DNA of 63,357 bases, filler included, from Craspedostauros australis (lineage: Eukaryota): the NCBI GenBank assembly GCA_030167865.1. It is 4 parts of 4 records of this genome, joined end to end, with 100 filler letters (N's around TTAATTAATTAA, not from the genome) between each part and the next. Parts side by side here need not be neighbours in the genome. Positions count along the whole stretch, not along the records: positions 38,643 to 63,357 come from JALAGF010001265.1; 3 more parts are not named here. One strand, written 5' to 3'. The notes below the pieces were generated by a model. It did not search any database. It saw nothing but the letters and a program-made list of their open reading frames with translations, and had not been told where the DNA came from. Below, one piece after another: positions 42,578 to 53,975 of this stretch. The position numbers and the translations under genes are program-made. Within the stretch, counting starts at the first letter, position 1. Each line of letters opens with the position of its first letter.

Positions 42578-45468
42578 GGTCGATTCAGATGTGGTGTATC
42601 GTTGGGTTGGGCAGACCTGTGTGTTTGCGTTAGTTTGCGTTAGTTTGCGTTGCAACGACGAGGACGGCGTGTTTGTGATGGTGTTTTTGGGGTTGCTGAA
42701 ATTGTGAGAACAGACCAGAACGGGCCAACCATTTTTGCGATGGTCACGACACAACTCGGCTTCGTCGTGTTGAGTGGTGTGTAAATCGTGGTGGGAGTTG
42801 TTGTATGGTCTTTTGTGGATCGCATCAAGTGACGCCTTTGTTGCACGACCACTCCTTCCTCTGTTTGCGAGCCCAACAACGCAATTGTGTTCGCGCCGTC
42901 TGGTCTTGCGTACGGATGGTGGATTGTTTGGCGTGTTCACACCCACCCAACAGGGAGACAACCAAGGTGGAACGAAACGACGGCGTTCTCTTCTGCCCGC
43001 TTTGCTTGCCGAAGAAGACCAAACATGTGATGTGTTCCCTCAACACGACCAATAGCCTTCTTTCAACCGCTGTCATGTTAATTCCAAGGGTATTATCCCT
43101 TGTGACCACGCCAATGAAGAACACAGTCGATCGAAGCCAGGGCGGGAGGAACGCCTCTTCCAGAGATCGTGCTTCACGTATCTTGTTGGGCGTCATCCAT
43201 GCATGTGGTTGGATGGTCTTGGGCCTGCGTTGACGTGGTTCATCCAAGTGAAACAATGACCCTGCACTGTTTGACCAATTTCGATGACCAGTGTCCAAGG
43301 CCGGTCCACCAAGACCCACCAGGTGCAACTTCAAGACGCCATTTTCTCCTCGACCCTTTTCGCGCAATGCGGCGCGATGAAGTTTGTGACCACAGAGGCA
43401 TTCGTGTCCACGACACGAATACGAGAAAGAACACGAATACGAGTGGAGAGTGGATACGGGTAAGAACTCCGCCCCCCTGCGATCTGACCCCAACGACGCT
43501 GTCCCAAACACAAGTTTGTTCTTGCTGACGCACGTCATCGCCACCGAACAAGGTATGGAGTGGTACTCAACAACAGAGCAGTGCATCATTCTCCTCTATT
43601 GGTACCATACATCACAATTGTGGCTCGTGTTGGGCCCATGCCGTGCCATTCGTGCTCGACGTGGTTGTCGTATGTTGGCATCAGCAACATCGCTGTCGGC
43701 GTCTGACTGGCACATGCAGCTGATGTTGTTAGCAATGTTCGCGAATCGTTGCGTTTCGCCGGTCGAATTCGCTGGTTTGGGTGGCGGCTTTCAGGGCGGG
43801 CATGAACGATGTGTTTGCAAACCGTATCACAAACACAAGCACTTCTGTGCACTCTGCTCTGCGACGCGCGGTACCTCCTCAACAACAATGTGGAACGCAG
43901 TTGTGCAAGGTCCAATAGTACACAAATACGAACCTGACACCGATACCGGCGACAATCAGAGCTCCTCCGTGATGTATGTACACAATACGATCAACAAGAC
44001 CGGTGAACGTGTCCGTTGTCGGTGGCCAGCCGGCCGGTGAAGTGTTTGGTTGACCCATTGATTGAATCACTGCATTGGCACAAGCAATCAACTGATCTGT
44101 TCTGTTCGTCATCATCTCCAGCCATTTCCCAGCTCCAGCTTTTGCCACACAGTGCCAGACCGCGTGTCTGGAACTGGCACGAAGAGTTGCTGCTTGAAGT
44201 CGGTAAGGTATTGTTCGGCGAGGTGAAGGACATGCACGTTTTGGCCCCGGTATCGAAGCAAGGAGCTCATTTCTTTCTCGCGCACTGTTCTGCCCATGAT
44301 GCCATACGATGCTGTGGGCAGCCTGCTTGATCAAAAAGCTGTCGTTAATGTGAACGCATGCATTTGATGCACTTGTAACTGTACGTGCAGACCTTCAGGT
44401 CCACCCGACTCAACTCGGCATGAGAAACCGTTGATGTGCCCAACAGTCTTGTTTTGCCTCAGGTTCAATGTTTCTCATCATCCATCAGCGCAACTACAAT
44501 CATGTTGTTCTTGGGTCTGCCGCGGGTCTGCGCCGTCAAAAGATCAACAGGTGACCTGATACAGTTTTGTTCGCCTCCGCGAGAATCGCCTCCTGAACAA
44601 AGCGCGAGAGGATGCGCCCGCGTGCAAGTAGTGTGTCTGTACGAGGCATGGCACCGCATCGAATTGGTGCCACTGATGAGTTGTGCAGAGTAGTCGTATC
44701 ATCGTGCATTCTGAATTCAGCAGATTCACGGCGGATATGTGTGGAGCGTATGGTATAGTGCGCATATATGGTATGATGTATTATTATGAGTGCTCTATGG
44801 CTCACCCGAGAACAAACTGTATGGAGCATGTCTGGAGAGGTGTACCTGTCGTTGGCTGATGCGTTCGTTGCATTCTCTGTGACGTAGTTCCGCAGAGAAA
44901 GGAACCGGATCCTGATTCCCCGCCTCTCCAACCGCGAACCACTGTTGGGTGGAGCGAAGGTTGAGAGCATGGGGCGGGCCCGTTGTTGGAATGTCCACCC
45001 CCCAAAGCGCAGCAGCCAGTGCAAGAGCGCACGATCGCATCAGAATCCGATCCGCCAGCAAGAGCCTGGCCTTTTGGAAACGCGAAGACCGAGGGGGTCA
45101 CATGAAATTCGGAGGACGATTGATCGGTGGTGATCTTGTGACTCCATCCTTCTCGGGGAAATGCGTCATCAGATGTCCACGTGCAGACGACCAATTTCCG
45201 GACTGTCGGAACCCAGGAGCGGCGCTTCCAATCACTCCCCACGACCGCCGAGACCCATGATGCGTGTTCTGGCGCTTTGGTTCCAGGGCGATCGACCGAT
45301 GGTTGAGGCTTGCAGCCTCAACGATGTCGTTGGTAGCGATCGTTTATGTGATTGGCGGGATCGATACGTTCGGTCAGGAGAGGAGAAAGAGACGGAGAAG
45401 AGGGGAGCGGTGGAGGGGACGTGTGCCTTTGGGTCCCCACGTCTCAGCCCGTTAACGTGTCGAGCTTC

Positions 45469-48087
45469 CTAATCGAAGAAGTTGGTCCCACCGTCTGCTC
45501 TCGGCGCTGCCGTTTGCTCGAGCCCTCCTCGGTGTCTCTGTTGCCAATCTGCCTCAACACGGTCCATGGCGATACTGTTGGAATGATCACCATCGTCAAC
45601 GTGAGGGAATGAATCGACCTTGAGTATCCACCCTGATCCGGAGCTTGTCGAAGCATCCGAGGTGCTTGTGGGTGGCGGCAGTGATGCTGTTGGGGACGCC
45701 TGCGGCGGGTTGTGGTCTTTATTTATTTTCCGCCGAACGATGCCATCGAGGTAATCAAGACCGTCACTGTCAACGTCACCACCAACAGCACCGCCGGCAT
45801 TCGCAGTTGTGCCAGTCTCAGCTCCGATCTGCACAATTGCGATCTTCTTCGTACAGTCGCATATGGCGAGGTATTGGCGGAGCGGTGTGTCTCGCATTGT
45901 AGTCGTCAGCCCTCCCCAGGCAAGGCTTGCGATCCCTCCATGCCCCATGCTGGCATTGAACACAGCCGCGTAGTTCACCGTTTCGAGCACAGCGCATGTC
46001 CCGTCGGACTTTCCGACCGCCAGGAATGCGCCATCACCACTCCAACACAGTGCATTGATGCGTTGGTTGGAGGCACCATGGTGTGCACCGTCTTCAGGAT
46101 CATTGCAGCCAGATATGCTGATTTCGTGCTGGATCTGATATGACGCAGCTGCGACGTTGACCTGCATGATGGTGACCGTGCGAGAGGCAATGGCAAGGGC
46201 TGATCCATCCCCATTCCATCGGACGCATTGGATCGATGATGCGCAATTGGTCTCGTGCACGATGCATGACGTGTGATCAGTCACAGTGCAGCATCCTTTG
46301 CTCGTTCCGATGCACACCAACTCATTCTCACGATGCCAGTCGAAGGATAGGACGAGCCCGTCCAAGTTCGATAACTCCTGCATTGGAGGCCGAGTCGCGG
46401 TGGGCTGATCCGCTAGCAGATCCTGGATGGCGATCGTTGCAAACTTGCCGTCGTAGCCGCCGACGCCGATCATTTGACCGTCGGGACGGAACTGAGCGCA
46501 GCAGATGCGGTCAGAACGTTCAACCTTTCGGAGAATCTGCACAGATGTCAGATACCCATGCTGTGTTTCTGACGTGTTGCTGCGTTCTCTGGTGCGCGGT
46601 GTTGAATGAGGAGAAGGAGGCACGGTAACGGCAACATCATTATCAGCAGCGGCGTCTGCATGTGATAGACTTGTACCAGTGCATGCTTGGCCATCATCAC
46701 CGTTGTGGCCCGCACCATCGGTCGCTTCATCGACTCCGCCGCGATCGTTCGTTGCTTGATCACCTCCATCTTCCTGGGTGCACTCGTTGCTGTACTCGAT
46801 GGCCAGAATCACGGCCGTGCAATCATCTTCGGTGGCAACCAGTATCATTTTCGCATCAGACGAAAAGTCGATGTACCGGATCTTGGACTTCAGATGGACA
46901 CTTGCCGACCTTCCGAAGTGCTTGGCAGCATCCGTCTTCGGTTCATTTTGGCAACTGTTGCGTTGATGATGAGCACTCGGCTGGTCGATGATCTCCGTTA
47001 TGGTCAGCAAACCATCGTCGTTCCCAACTGCAATGAGCAAGGGGGAGGCTGCTGCTTTCGACATGGCGACAGCGGATGCATTTGATTCGCCGGATATCTC
47101 TGCGCAGAAGGCCATCGAAGCTGCAGAACTCCAGGTGGCATTGTGCCCTGCAGTGAAATCACTCGAGAGCGGCGAAATCGATGGGTCGAAACGCACGCCT
47201 TGGGACTCTTGAGGACGGGGAGGGCATGACTTCGTGGAGAGATGCAAGTTTGACTTCGATGGAGCCTGTGAACGTGCGTCAGATGATGATGCGATCACCG
47301 GCAATGACGATGACGACGAAGGCGGGATATGCCCATCTACTTTTGGCTGCGGCGAAGAAGCATCGCGACGGCGGAACCGCGTGGACGGGAGGCACAGCTT
47401 GATTTCTTTTTGCGGCACGTCCCACTCCACCTCCACCTTGAGTTTGTTGCGGTGGTGTGTCGTCGAAGGCGTATTCTGTTGGCGGGGGCCGTCGCATGTG
47501 ACTGAACTGACCGATGTCAACGTGGATTGGTTGGACAATGGTGAGTGCGTACCAGTAGAGGCTTCGTGACATCCCCTGCTGCGATCATCGTCGGATGATG
47601 TCCTGAACAGGCGATTTCTGTCGTATGGATGGTGCTCATCGGCGATTGCCTGCCCTGGCGAAAACAGATCCAACAACCGCGAACTTGGCTGTCTATCATC
47701 TATCAGGTTGCAGCTGCCATGAGATGCAGGATGATGGCACCCATGATGACCATGCGAGTGGCAATCATCTGTGATCACGGATGTGTGATCAGACATGGCA
47801 ACTGCGTCGGTGTCAGTATCAGTGTCGCCATCGTAATTCCCACCGTCATCAATATCCCCACGCTGACAACAACGATGATGCTTTTGAGACGTATGACCGC
47901 GATTGACGCTGCCGTCCTCGATTTCGTGTTGCTTGTTCTGCTTCTTTCCAAAACACCACCTCCTTGGTTTCGACTTGGACTTGGACTCGGCGAGCGAGTT
48001 CCTCGTCATCACCTTCTCGAAGTAAGCGTCGCTGTGGTCGCGCAGCCGCTCGTGGCGTGATTGCGATACTCCCATCGTATTGCCCAT
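45469..48087 (-). CDS. WD40-repeat protein with a disordered N-terminus; possible N-myristoylation; C-terminus may be truncated
   Basis: About 7 WD40-like blades: LIAVGNDDG, IRYIDFSSDAK, CAQFRPDGQMIGVGGYDG, VLSFDWHRENELVCIG, IQCVRWNGDGSALAIA, INALCWSGDGAFLAVGKSDG, IASLAW. Starts MGNTMGVSQS. Confidence 0.8.
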   Translation of the reverse strand: MGNTMGVSQSRHERLRDHSDAYFEKVMTRNSLAESKSKSKPRRWCFGKKQNKQHEIEDGSVNRGHTSQKHHRCCQRGDIDDGGNYDGDTDTDTDAVAMSDHTSVITDDCHSHGHHGCHHPASHGSCNLIDDRQPSSRLLDLFSPGQAIADEHHPYDRNRLFRTSSDDDRSRGCHEASTGTHSPLSNQSTLTSVSSVTCDGPRQQNTPSTTHHRNKLKVEVEWDVPQKEIKLCLPSTRFRRRDASSPQPKVDGHIPPSSSSSLPVIASSSDARSQAPSKSNLHLSTKSCPPRPQESQGVRFDPSISPLSSDFTAGHNATWSSAASMAFCAEISGESNASAVAMSKAAASPLLIAVGNDDGLLTITEIIDQPSAHHQRNSCQNEPKTDAAKHFGRSASVHLKSKIRYIDFSSDAKMILVATEDDCTAVILAIEYSNECTQEDGGDQATNDRGGVDEATDGAGHNGDDGQACTGTSLSHADAAADNDVAVTVPPSPHSTPRTRERSNTSETQHGYLTSVQILRKVERSDRICCAQFRPDGQMIGVGGYDGKFATIAIQDLLADQPTATRPPMQELSNLDGLVLSFDWHRENELVCIGTSKGCCTVTDHTSCIVHETNCASSIQCVRWNGDGSALAIASRTVTIMQVNVAAASYQIQHEISISGCNDPEDGAHHGASNQRINALCWSGDGAFLAVGKSDGTCAVLETVNYAAVFNASMGHGGIASLAWGGLTTTMRDTPLRQYLAICDCTKKIAIVQIGAETGTTANAGGAVGGDVDSDGLDYLDGIVRRKINKDHNPPQASPTASLPPPTSTSDASTSSGSGWILKVDSFPHVDDGDHSNSIAMDRVEADWQQRHRGGLEQTAAPRADGGTNFFD

Positions 48088-49829
48088 TTATCTGCTTGTT
48101 GTTGCAGGCTCTGCTCGGTGTCGTCTCTCCGGTTAGTTTGTTTTGTGAGGAGGATGGTTCTCGAGGACTCGTAACCTGGAGGATGAACGGCGCCACTATC
48201 GTATCCGTATGGTCGCAGGTGCTACTGCCGGGATGGACGATGGGTCGTTGCTTGAATATGCTGGTCTAGATAGTTGTATTGTGATGCGTTGTGTTGTGTT
48301 ACGGATACGATTGCTGCAGAACCTGGTGAATTTGTGGATGGACTGCATTCTCATGAAGTTGATGAATCCTTGTGCGCGAGTTCGATGGCCATTCGTACGA
48401 GTAAAGGTTGCCAATCGGCACGATGATTTTGGCGATATCGTGGTGTGGAGGAACTTGAATCCGTTACAGGAACGGTCGATCCCAACCAGAACGTCATGAG
48501 AAAGGCGGAGCAGTTCAGTTCGAATCATGTTGCACTATCATGTAAATAGAGCTAAGTGCCGCAGAGCGCAGTACGTGCGGGCACTCCGGATGCGTCGAAA
48601 CGAATCCCGTGTCCAACATACATGCTCCAACTGCGGTGCTCGTCGGCAGGTATTGCTTCTCTTCTCCCCTTGTGCTATTGCCATTGCCATTGCCATTGCC
48701 ATTGCCATTGCCGTTGTCATTGCAACGGCCAATGATCACAGGACCGCTGGTTGGCTCGTGAGCAGAGCCCAAAGGACTGACCAGGCAAGCGTTCATTGCA
48801 TTGCGGGTCGATTCTGGTGTGAAACAGGAAGGCGGAGAGAGGATGTGTGAGAAAGCAAAGAGCCGTTGCACATGTAAGTCGGGCTTGAACAGAAACCGTC
48901 AACAACCATGAGTGTTTCCCTGCGTCTGCACTACGAGCAGGACTATGATCAGTCTGACGAGCATTTCCGCGAGCAGTACCGTTGCGGCAGTGGGACTCCG
49001 ACGAAGTGATTGTCAACCAACGTCGGATGTCGTGGCATCCTCCCATTATGATATGGTGGGTATCATACTAGTATAATATGTATCATGCTACGACTATACT
49101 TTACGTCCTTGATGGAGCAAGGCTGCCCCTTTACGAGCTGCGAATTATATTTTACTCTATGTACGATGTTGTACGTTGACGCGAGCCAAGTTTTGGAGAG
49201 ACGAAACGCACAACAAAACACGACGCAACAAAACGTGAAACTGCGTCTCGAACACAAGGGAACATCACAAGCGAGAGCGAGAATTTTCGACAAAACACCC
49301 ATCAGAACGCTTGCGAGATCCAGTACTTGTATAGTCTCAACATGATGTGGTATCTATGCCGGTGGTGAGATTCAACCGTGTCAACAAGCGTGTTCTGTTC
49401 TGTGACATCGTGTCGGAGTGCGGTTTGTCGGTTGATGGATCGATCGGTTGATCGATTGTTTTGGATCGTCCCAACAAAGACCAACAGCGGCGGCCGCCGA
49501 CGACCCACCACCCGTTGAGCCACACTCATGCCACTCGGATTTGAGGTATTCTGGAGTAATTACATGATAATAGTAGCAGACGCCACAAGCAGGCAAAGGC
49601 GCAAGGACACAACAGGACACAACAGGACACAACACTGCAAACAGACACGGAGGTCCCACAATCACAGCTGCGATCACAATAGCAATCACAATTGCAATCG
49701 CATCGAACTCGAAGTACGCCACCATTCGCATCGCAAGACCAACAGAGTAATCGCGCATCGCCACCAGAACCTACCAAGATGAGAGAGGAGACGACCAACA
49801 GCGCCAGTGCAAACCGCCGGGCCACAACG

Positions 49830-51089
49830 ATGGCCGGTCCTCGCTGGCCGGTGGCCATGGTGCTCGTGCAGTTGCTGATTGCGGCATCGCACGTGGGAGG
49901 GTCAACGTGGAAACCATCACATAGTCCTCTTGCATCCGCTCCGGGGTTTTTGCGCAAGACCCGTCCTTCGTTGGGCAACATCATCCCTGATGGGGGTCTT
50001 CCCAGCCATGCTGCATCCCAAGCTGCGTGGCCTTCCTGGTCCGCTGAGCCTCATGCGATCTCCATGGTCGATCCTATCTCTATCGCCGCGTCCAGCAGCG
50101 ACGGCGGCACTAGTGGTCAGACACCCATCTCCGTCCGAGTGGATTTCGACGATAAATTTGCCTTGTGGCGTTCTAAGATCGAGGACTTCTTTCTGGATCT
50201 CGTCGCGGGCGCAAGAGACGCGGTGATCTTCGGAAAGGCTTGGCGTCGAAAATTTGGAAGGGTTGTATTGGCACAGCTCTTCTCGATCTGTCTCATTCCC
50301 ATTCTGGCCAGGGTCCCTGCCTCCGTTCAGGTGGCAATTGGCAGCAGTATGTGCACTCTGTGCAAGCCCTTATCGGCTTTGTTCAGCAAGATGAATGGCT
50401 TCAACTTGTTCATTCTGAAGGCATTATTTGGATCATCCGCCAGCGTGCTCTTCACGCAAGTTGAGGGCGTCCTCACGCATTCCGGATCCTACTCAAGTGA
50501 CTTGCCTCTTCTGCCGTTCTGCTTCCTGAATTTGATTATCGATCCAATCACAACAACCATCATCTTCCAACACCTTCTGCCAAAGTTGATTCGTACCATC
50601 CATGCAAAGCACGTGGACGCGGCCATTCAGCGCAAGAACAAAGTCGAACTTACGGCCAACACTACGGACCACCAAAACGAAATCGACATAGGGGCGAGCA
50701 CAGATGCCAGCATCGACATGGAAATGATTGGGAATGTGGATGCGGATAAATGGATCTCCATGGCATTTGTGCAACCACTGATTATGTCGTCGGCCAGTGC
50801 CTGTACGTTGTTGCCACCGTTGAATGCTGCACTGGAGATGGCTCCCAATGAAACGTCACCTGTAACAACGCTTAGTGTGGTGTGGGTCATTGCAGTTAGT
50901 GTGTGGTCCCAAAGCGCGCACGCTGTGTTCGAGACTATTCCTATTCTCGAGGCCTACGGCATGGCTGGAACACTTGGACAGACGTACGCCAGGAAACTAC
51001 AGGCATTAGGACTCAAATTCATTGCTGGCCTGTTGTTTCGCGTCTCGATGGCGGGGCGAACTGGAGTTGAGATGAATGCGTTGGATTGA
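49830..51089 (+). CDS. Hypothetical multi-pass membrane protein with a signal peptide; weak CPBP/Abi-like pattern
   Basis: Signal-like RWPVAMVLVQLLIAASHVGG, several hydrophobic helices, 419-aa ORF. Start could also be 49779. Confidence 0.6.
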   Translation: MAGPRWPVAMVLVQLLIAASHVGGSTWKPSHSPLASAPGFLRKTRPSLGNIIPDGGLPSHAASQAAWPSWSAEPHAISMVDPISIAASSSDGGTSGQTPISVRVDFDDKFALWRSKIEDFFLDLVAGARDAVIFGKAWRRKFGRVVLAQLFSICLIPILARVPASVQVAIGSSMCTLCKPLSALFSKMNGFNLFILKALFGSSASVLFTQVEGVLTHSGSYSSDLPLLPFCFLNLIIDPITTTIIFQHLLPKLIRTIHAKHVDAAIQRKNKVELTANTTDHQNEIDIGASTDASIDMEMIGNVDADKWISMAFVQPLIMSSASACTLLPPLNAALEMAPNETSPVTTLSVVWVIAVSVWSQSAHAVFETIPILEAYGMAGTLGQTYARKLQALGLKFIAGLLFRVSMAGRTGVEMNALD

Positions 51090-51450
51090 TGGGACCGGTC
51101 CAGCTCTGGCAGTGTCGCCATATATCACAAAAAGACAACACAGGAACTCAGATCAACATGCACGGTAGTGGAGAATCTAGGTTGACAAGCAGCGAACAAA
51201 GAGAAGTAATACTCGTACAACATTAGCAGAATATCTGGCTTTGTCAATAGCGAGGGTAGTTGTAGCTCGTAGGGTACACCCTCGTTCTCTGGCGAAGACC
51301 GCGAGTCTCTTTGCCTTTTTTATGACGTATGGATACGAGATAGTTTTGTTCATGACAAGTCAAGTCTCGCGTTTCACTGACAGTGGCACTGACAGCGACA
51401 CTCCCACGCTGCTGCTACTGCTTCAGTAGCCCACACGAGCACAACATAGT

Positions 51451-53021
51451 TCATGCACTCGACGTCTTGGAGCTGATGGCAGCTCCGATCTCCTTGGACA
51501 CGACGGCTGGTGCCTGGTTGCCATCGATCGTGACCATGATATCCTTGTAGCTATCCTTGACGGCATCGACGTTGGCGTGGAACTGTTCCAGACGGACCTT
51601 CACCTTCTCCTCGGTGTCGTCGCTGCGCTGCACGAGACGCTTCTTGACCTCGTCGTCTTCTGGTGGGGAGAAGGTCATGTGGTAGATCTTTCCTGTCTCC
51701 GGATCCGTTCTGCGGCCGACAACGCGCTCCACGAGGACCTCATCCGGAACGTTGAGGAAGAGGAAGCAGTCGGCATCGACGCCGGCATCCTCCAGAGCCT
51801 TGGCCTGCGCCTGGGTGCGTGGGAACCCATCCAGCAACCAACCGTTGGTCTGGCAGTCGCTCTCGGCGAGGCGGTCCTTGACCTGCAGCATGGTTCGGTA
51901 CACCGTGCGAGTATGTACGTATGGTGGGTGCCAGGCATATATTGGTGGAAAGGAATGTGGTGCAAAGACAGAGTTGTCAAGAAATTCGGTGTGAGATGGT
52001 GCAAGAGCATCCTGATTGCGCGATTGCTTTGGTTTGGTTTGCCGCATGAGGACTCTATGGTATTTTGCACTGCACTGCACTGCACTGCAGTCTGCTGCAG
52101 CTTGGCTTGGCAGTCCGCTCTTTGTGCTCGTCGTCCGAGATATCGACGAAAGTGAAGGCGCGGCCGGGGAGGTGTCATAGTTGTGCGCGTAGAGCAAGTT
52201 GTCTCTCCACGGAGTAGGCGGTTGCCGAGGTATGGCCCACGCAACCCTCGCAGGCACATTTCGATCAGCAATTCTCCGAATTGGATGAATTCATGATCGA
52301 GTCAAAGGCAATGCTCACGCATCAATCAAATGTTTTGTTCTGAAACACCTCCAATTGATCTGACTGATCCAACCAAGTCTGTTCGTATCTTGCACTCTAT
52401 GGTGTCGATGGCTTCTCTTCAGCAACCGAAAATCCTGTTCAGAAGAAGAAGGCTTGGAAGAAAGGTTCTCAATCGATCCATACTTGTGAAGTAGTTCGCA
52501 TGTATGGTACTATAGGCCGGTGGTGTGCCAAACTCAAATGCTATTCTGCAACAAGATGATGGGAGAAATCAGCATCAGCATCAGCATCAGCAGCACCAAC
52601 AACAACAGATACAAACATAACCCGAGATAGCGGTTGCACTCACCACTCCGATGATAACATCATCAGGCACGAGCTTTCCGGCATCCATGAAGTCCTTGGC
52701 CATCTTGCCGACCTCGGATTCAGCCGCAACGGCCGCACGCAGCATGTCGCCTGTGGACAAGTGAACGACACCGAATTCTTCCTTGATGATCTCGCACTGG
52801 GTTCCCTTGCCGGAGGCTGGAGCACCTGCGATGATGATGTTCAAGGCATCGGCGGCGAACAGCTGGGTGGCTTGCTGGTATCGCATGGTGCTGCTGCCGC
52901 GCACACCCCAGACACCATCCTGGACAGCTGGTTGGCAACGCTGCTGCTGCATTGGCTGGGCGACGAATCCCAATGCGCCTGCTGGAAGAGCGAGGCCGAC
53001 GCACAAACTGACGAGCTTCAT
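51451..53021 (-). CDS. adk: Plastid-targeted adenylate kinase; 2 exons (53021-52644, 51882-51451), 269 aa
   Basis: P-loop [58 protein letters not shown]. Phase-0 intron gtgagt...ctgcag. Signal peptide ending ALG-FVAQP (ASAFAP-like). Confidence 0.95.
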
Positions 53022-53726
53022 GATCAAGTTGATGGATGTATCGAACGGATGATGGTTCGTTGGAGTACGGCAGACCGCGGGTGTGTGCTGTTCGGATGCT
53101 TGTATGTGTGGACTGAAGTCAAGATGGCATCGATTGCTTCCTGGTTGGTCGTTGGCCGTTGCTCGATGATCGATGATCGATGATACGCAGCGGTGCAGAG
53201 GTGTCAATGTCTTTGTCGCTGTGAACGGTTGCGTTGTGGTTGTTGCAGACGAGAAAGATCTCGCAAGACGGTGAGATTGTTGGCGCCATGGTCGGCATCT
53301 CTTTCTTCCGTCTGTCAGGGTCCCGTTCGTGCGTCACCTTGTGTTCCGTCTGGTCCAAGGTGTCAGTATCTCGTGTCACAAAAAAGACAGTATCGTTCCT
53401 CCAAAGGTATCATGAAAACGATACTGGTTTCGCGGAACAGGAGAAGAAAGTCTGCGAACGCAGAAGACGGAACACAGAACACTGGAGAGGAAAAGGATTC
53501 TTGTGTTGTGTGATTGACAAGAACCAGTCTTGGGTGTGTGACCACCCCTCTCTGGTGTCATCCCTTGTCATTGGCATCGTCCTTCAGATTTGTTTGACTC
53601 GTGTGCTTGCATCGATTCGTGGTTGTTGCGACGGGTGGAGATGCCTCGCTCTGTGATTGTCTCTCTGATTGCAGGGCATCTTGGTTGCCTCCTCGGTTGA
53701 TTGATCAATAGGCCGGCCCAGCAGTG

Positions 53727-53975
53727 CCTCTCTCTCTCTCTCTCTCTCTCTGGAGTTGGTTGATTGGCGGTGGCACTTCCCTCCCCACAGAGGAACAGAT
53801 AGATAGAGAAGGGAAGGGAAGGATACAAAGAAGTAGCGGGAAGGGAGCGTCGACGAATGTGCATCTTGTGGGAATGGTAGAGTACAATTCTCCCTCCCTC
53901 CCTATCCTGTTGACATGCGATCACACACGATACAACTGCAACTGCAACCACCTCTCTCTCTCTCTCTCTCTCTCT
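53727..53975. repeat. Two (CT)n microsatellites (about 53727-53751 and 53952-53975) between the divergent adk and HMG genes
   Basis: Read directly from the sequence. Confidence 0.85.

Noticed and set aside
51675..52271. ORFs extending adk exon 2 upstream (MPARVAW...)
   Set aside because: Intron read-through; the real N-terminus is in exon 1 at 52644-53021.
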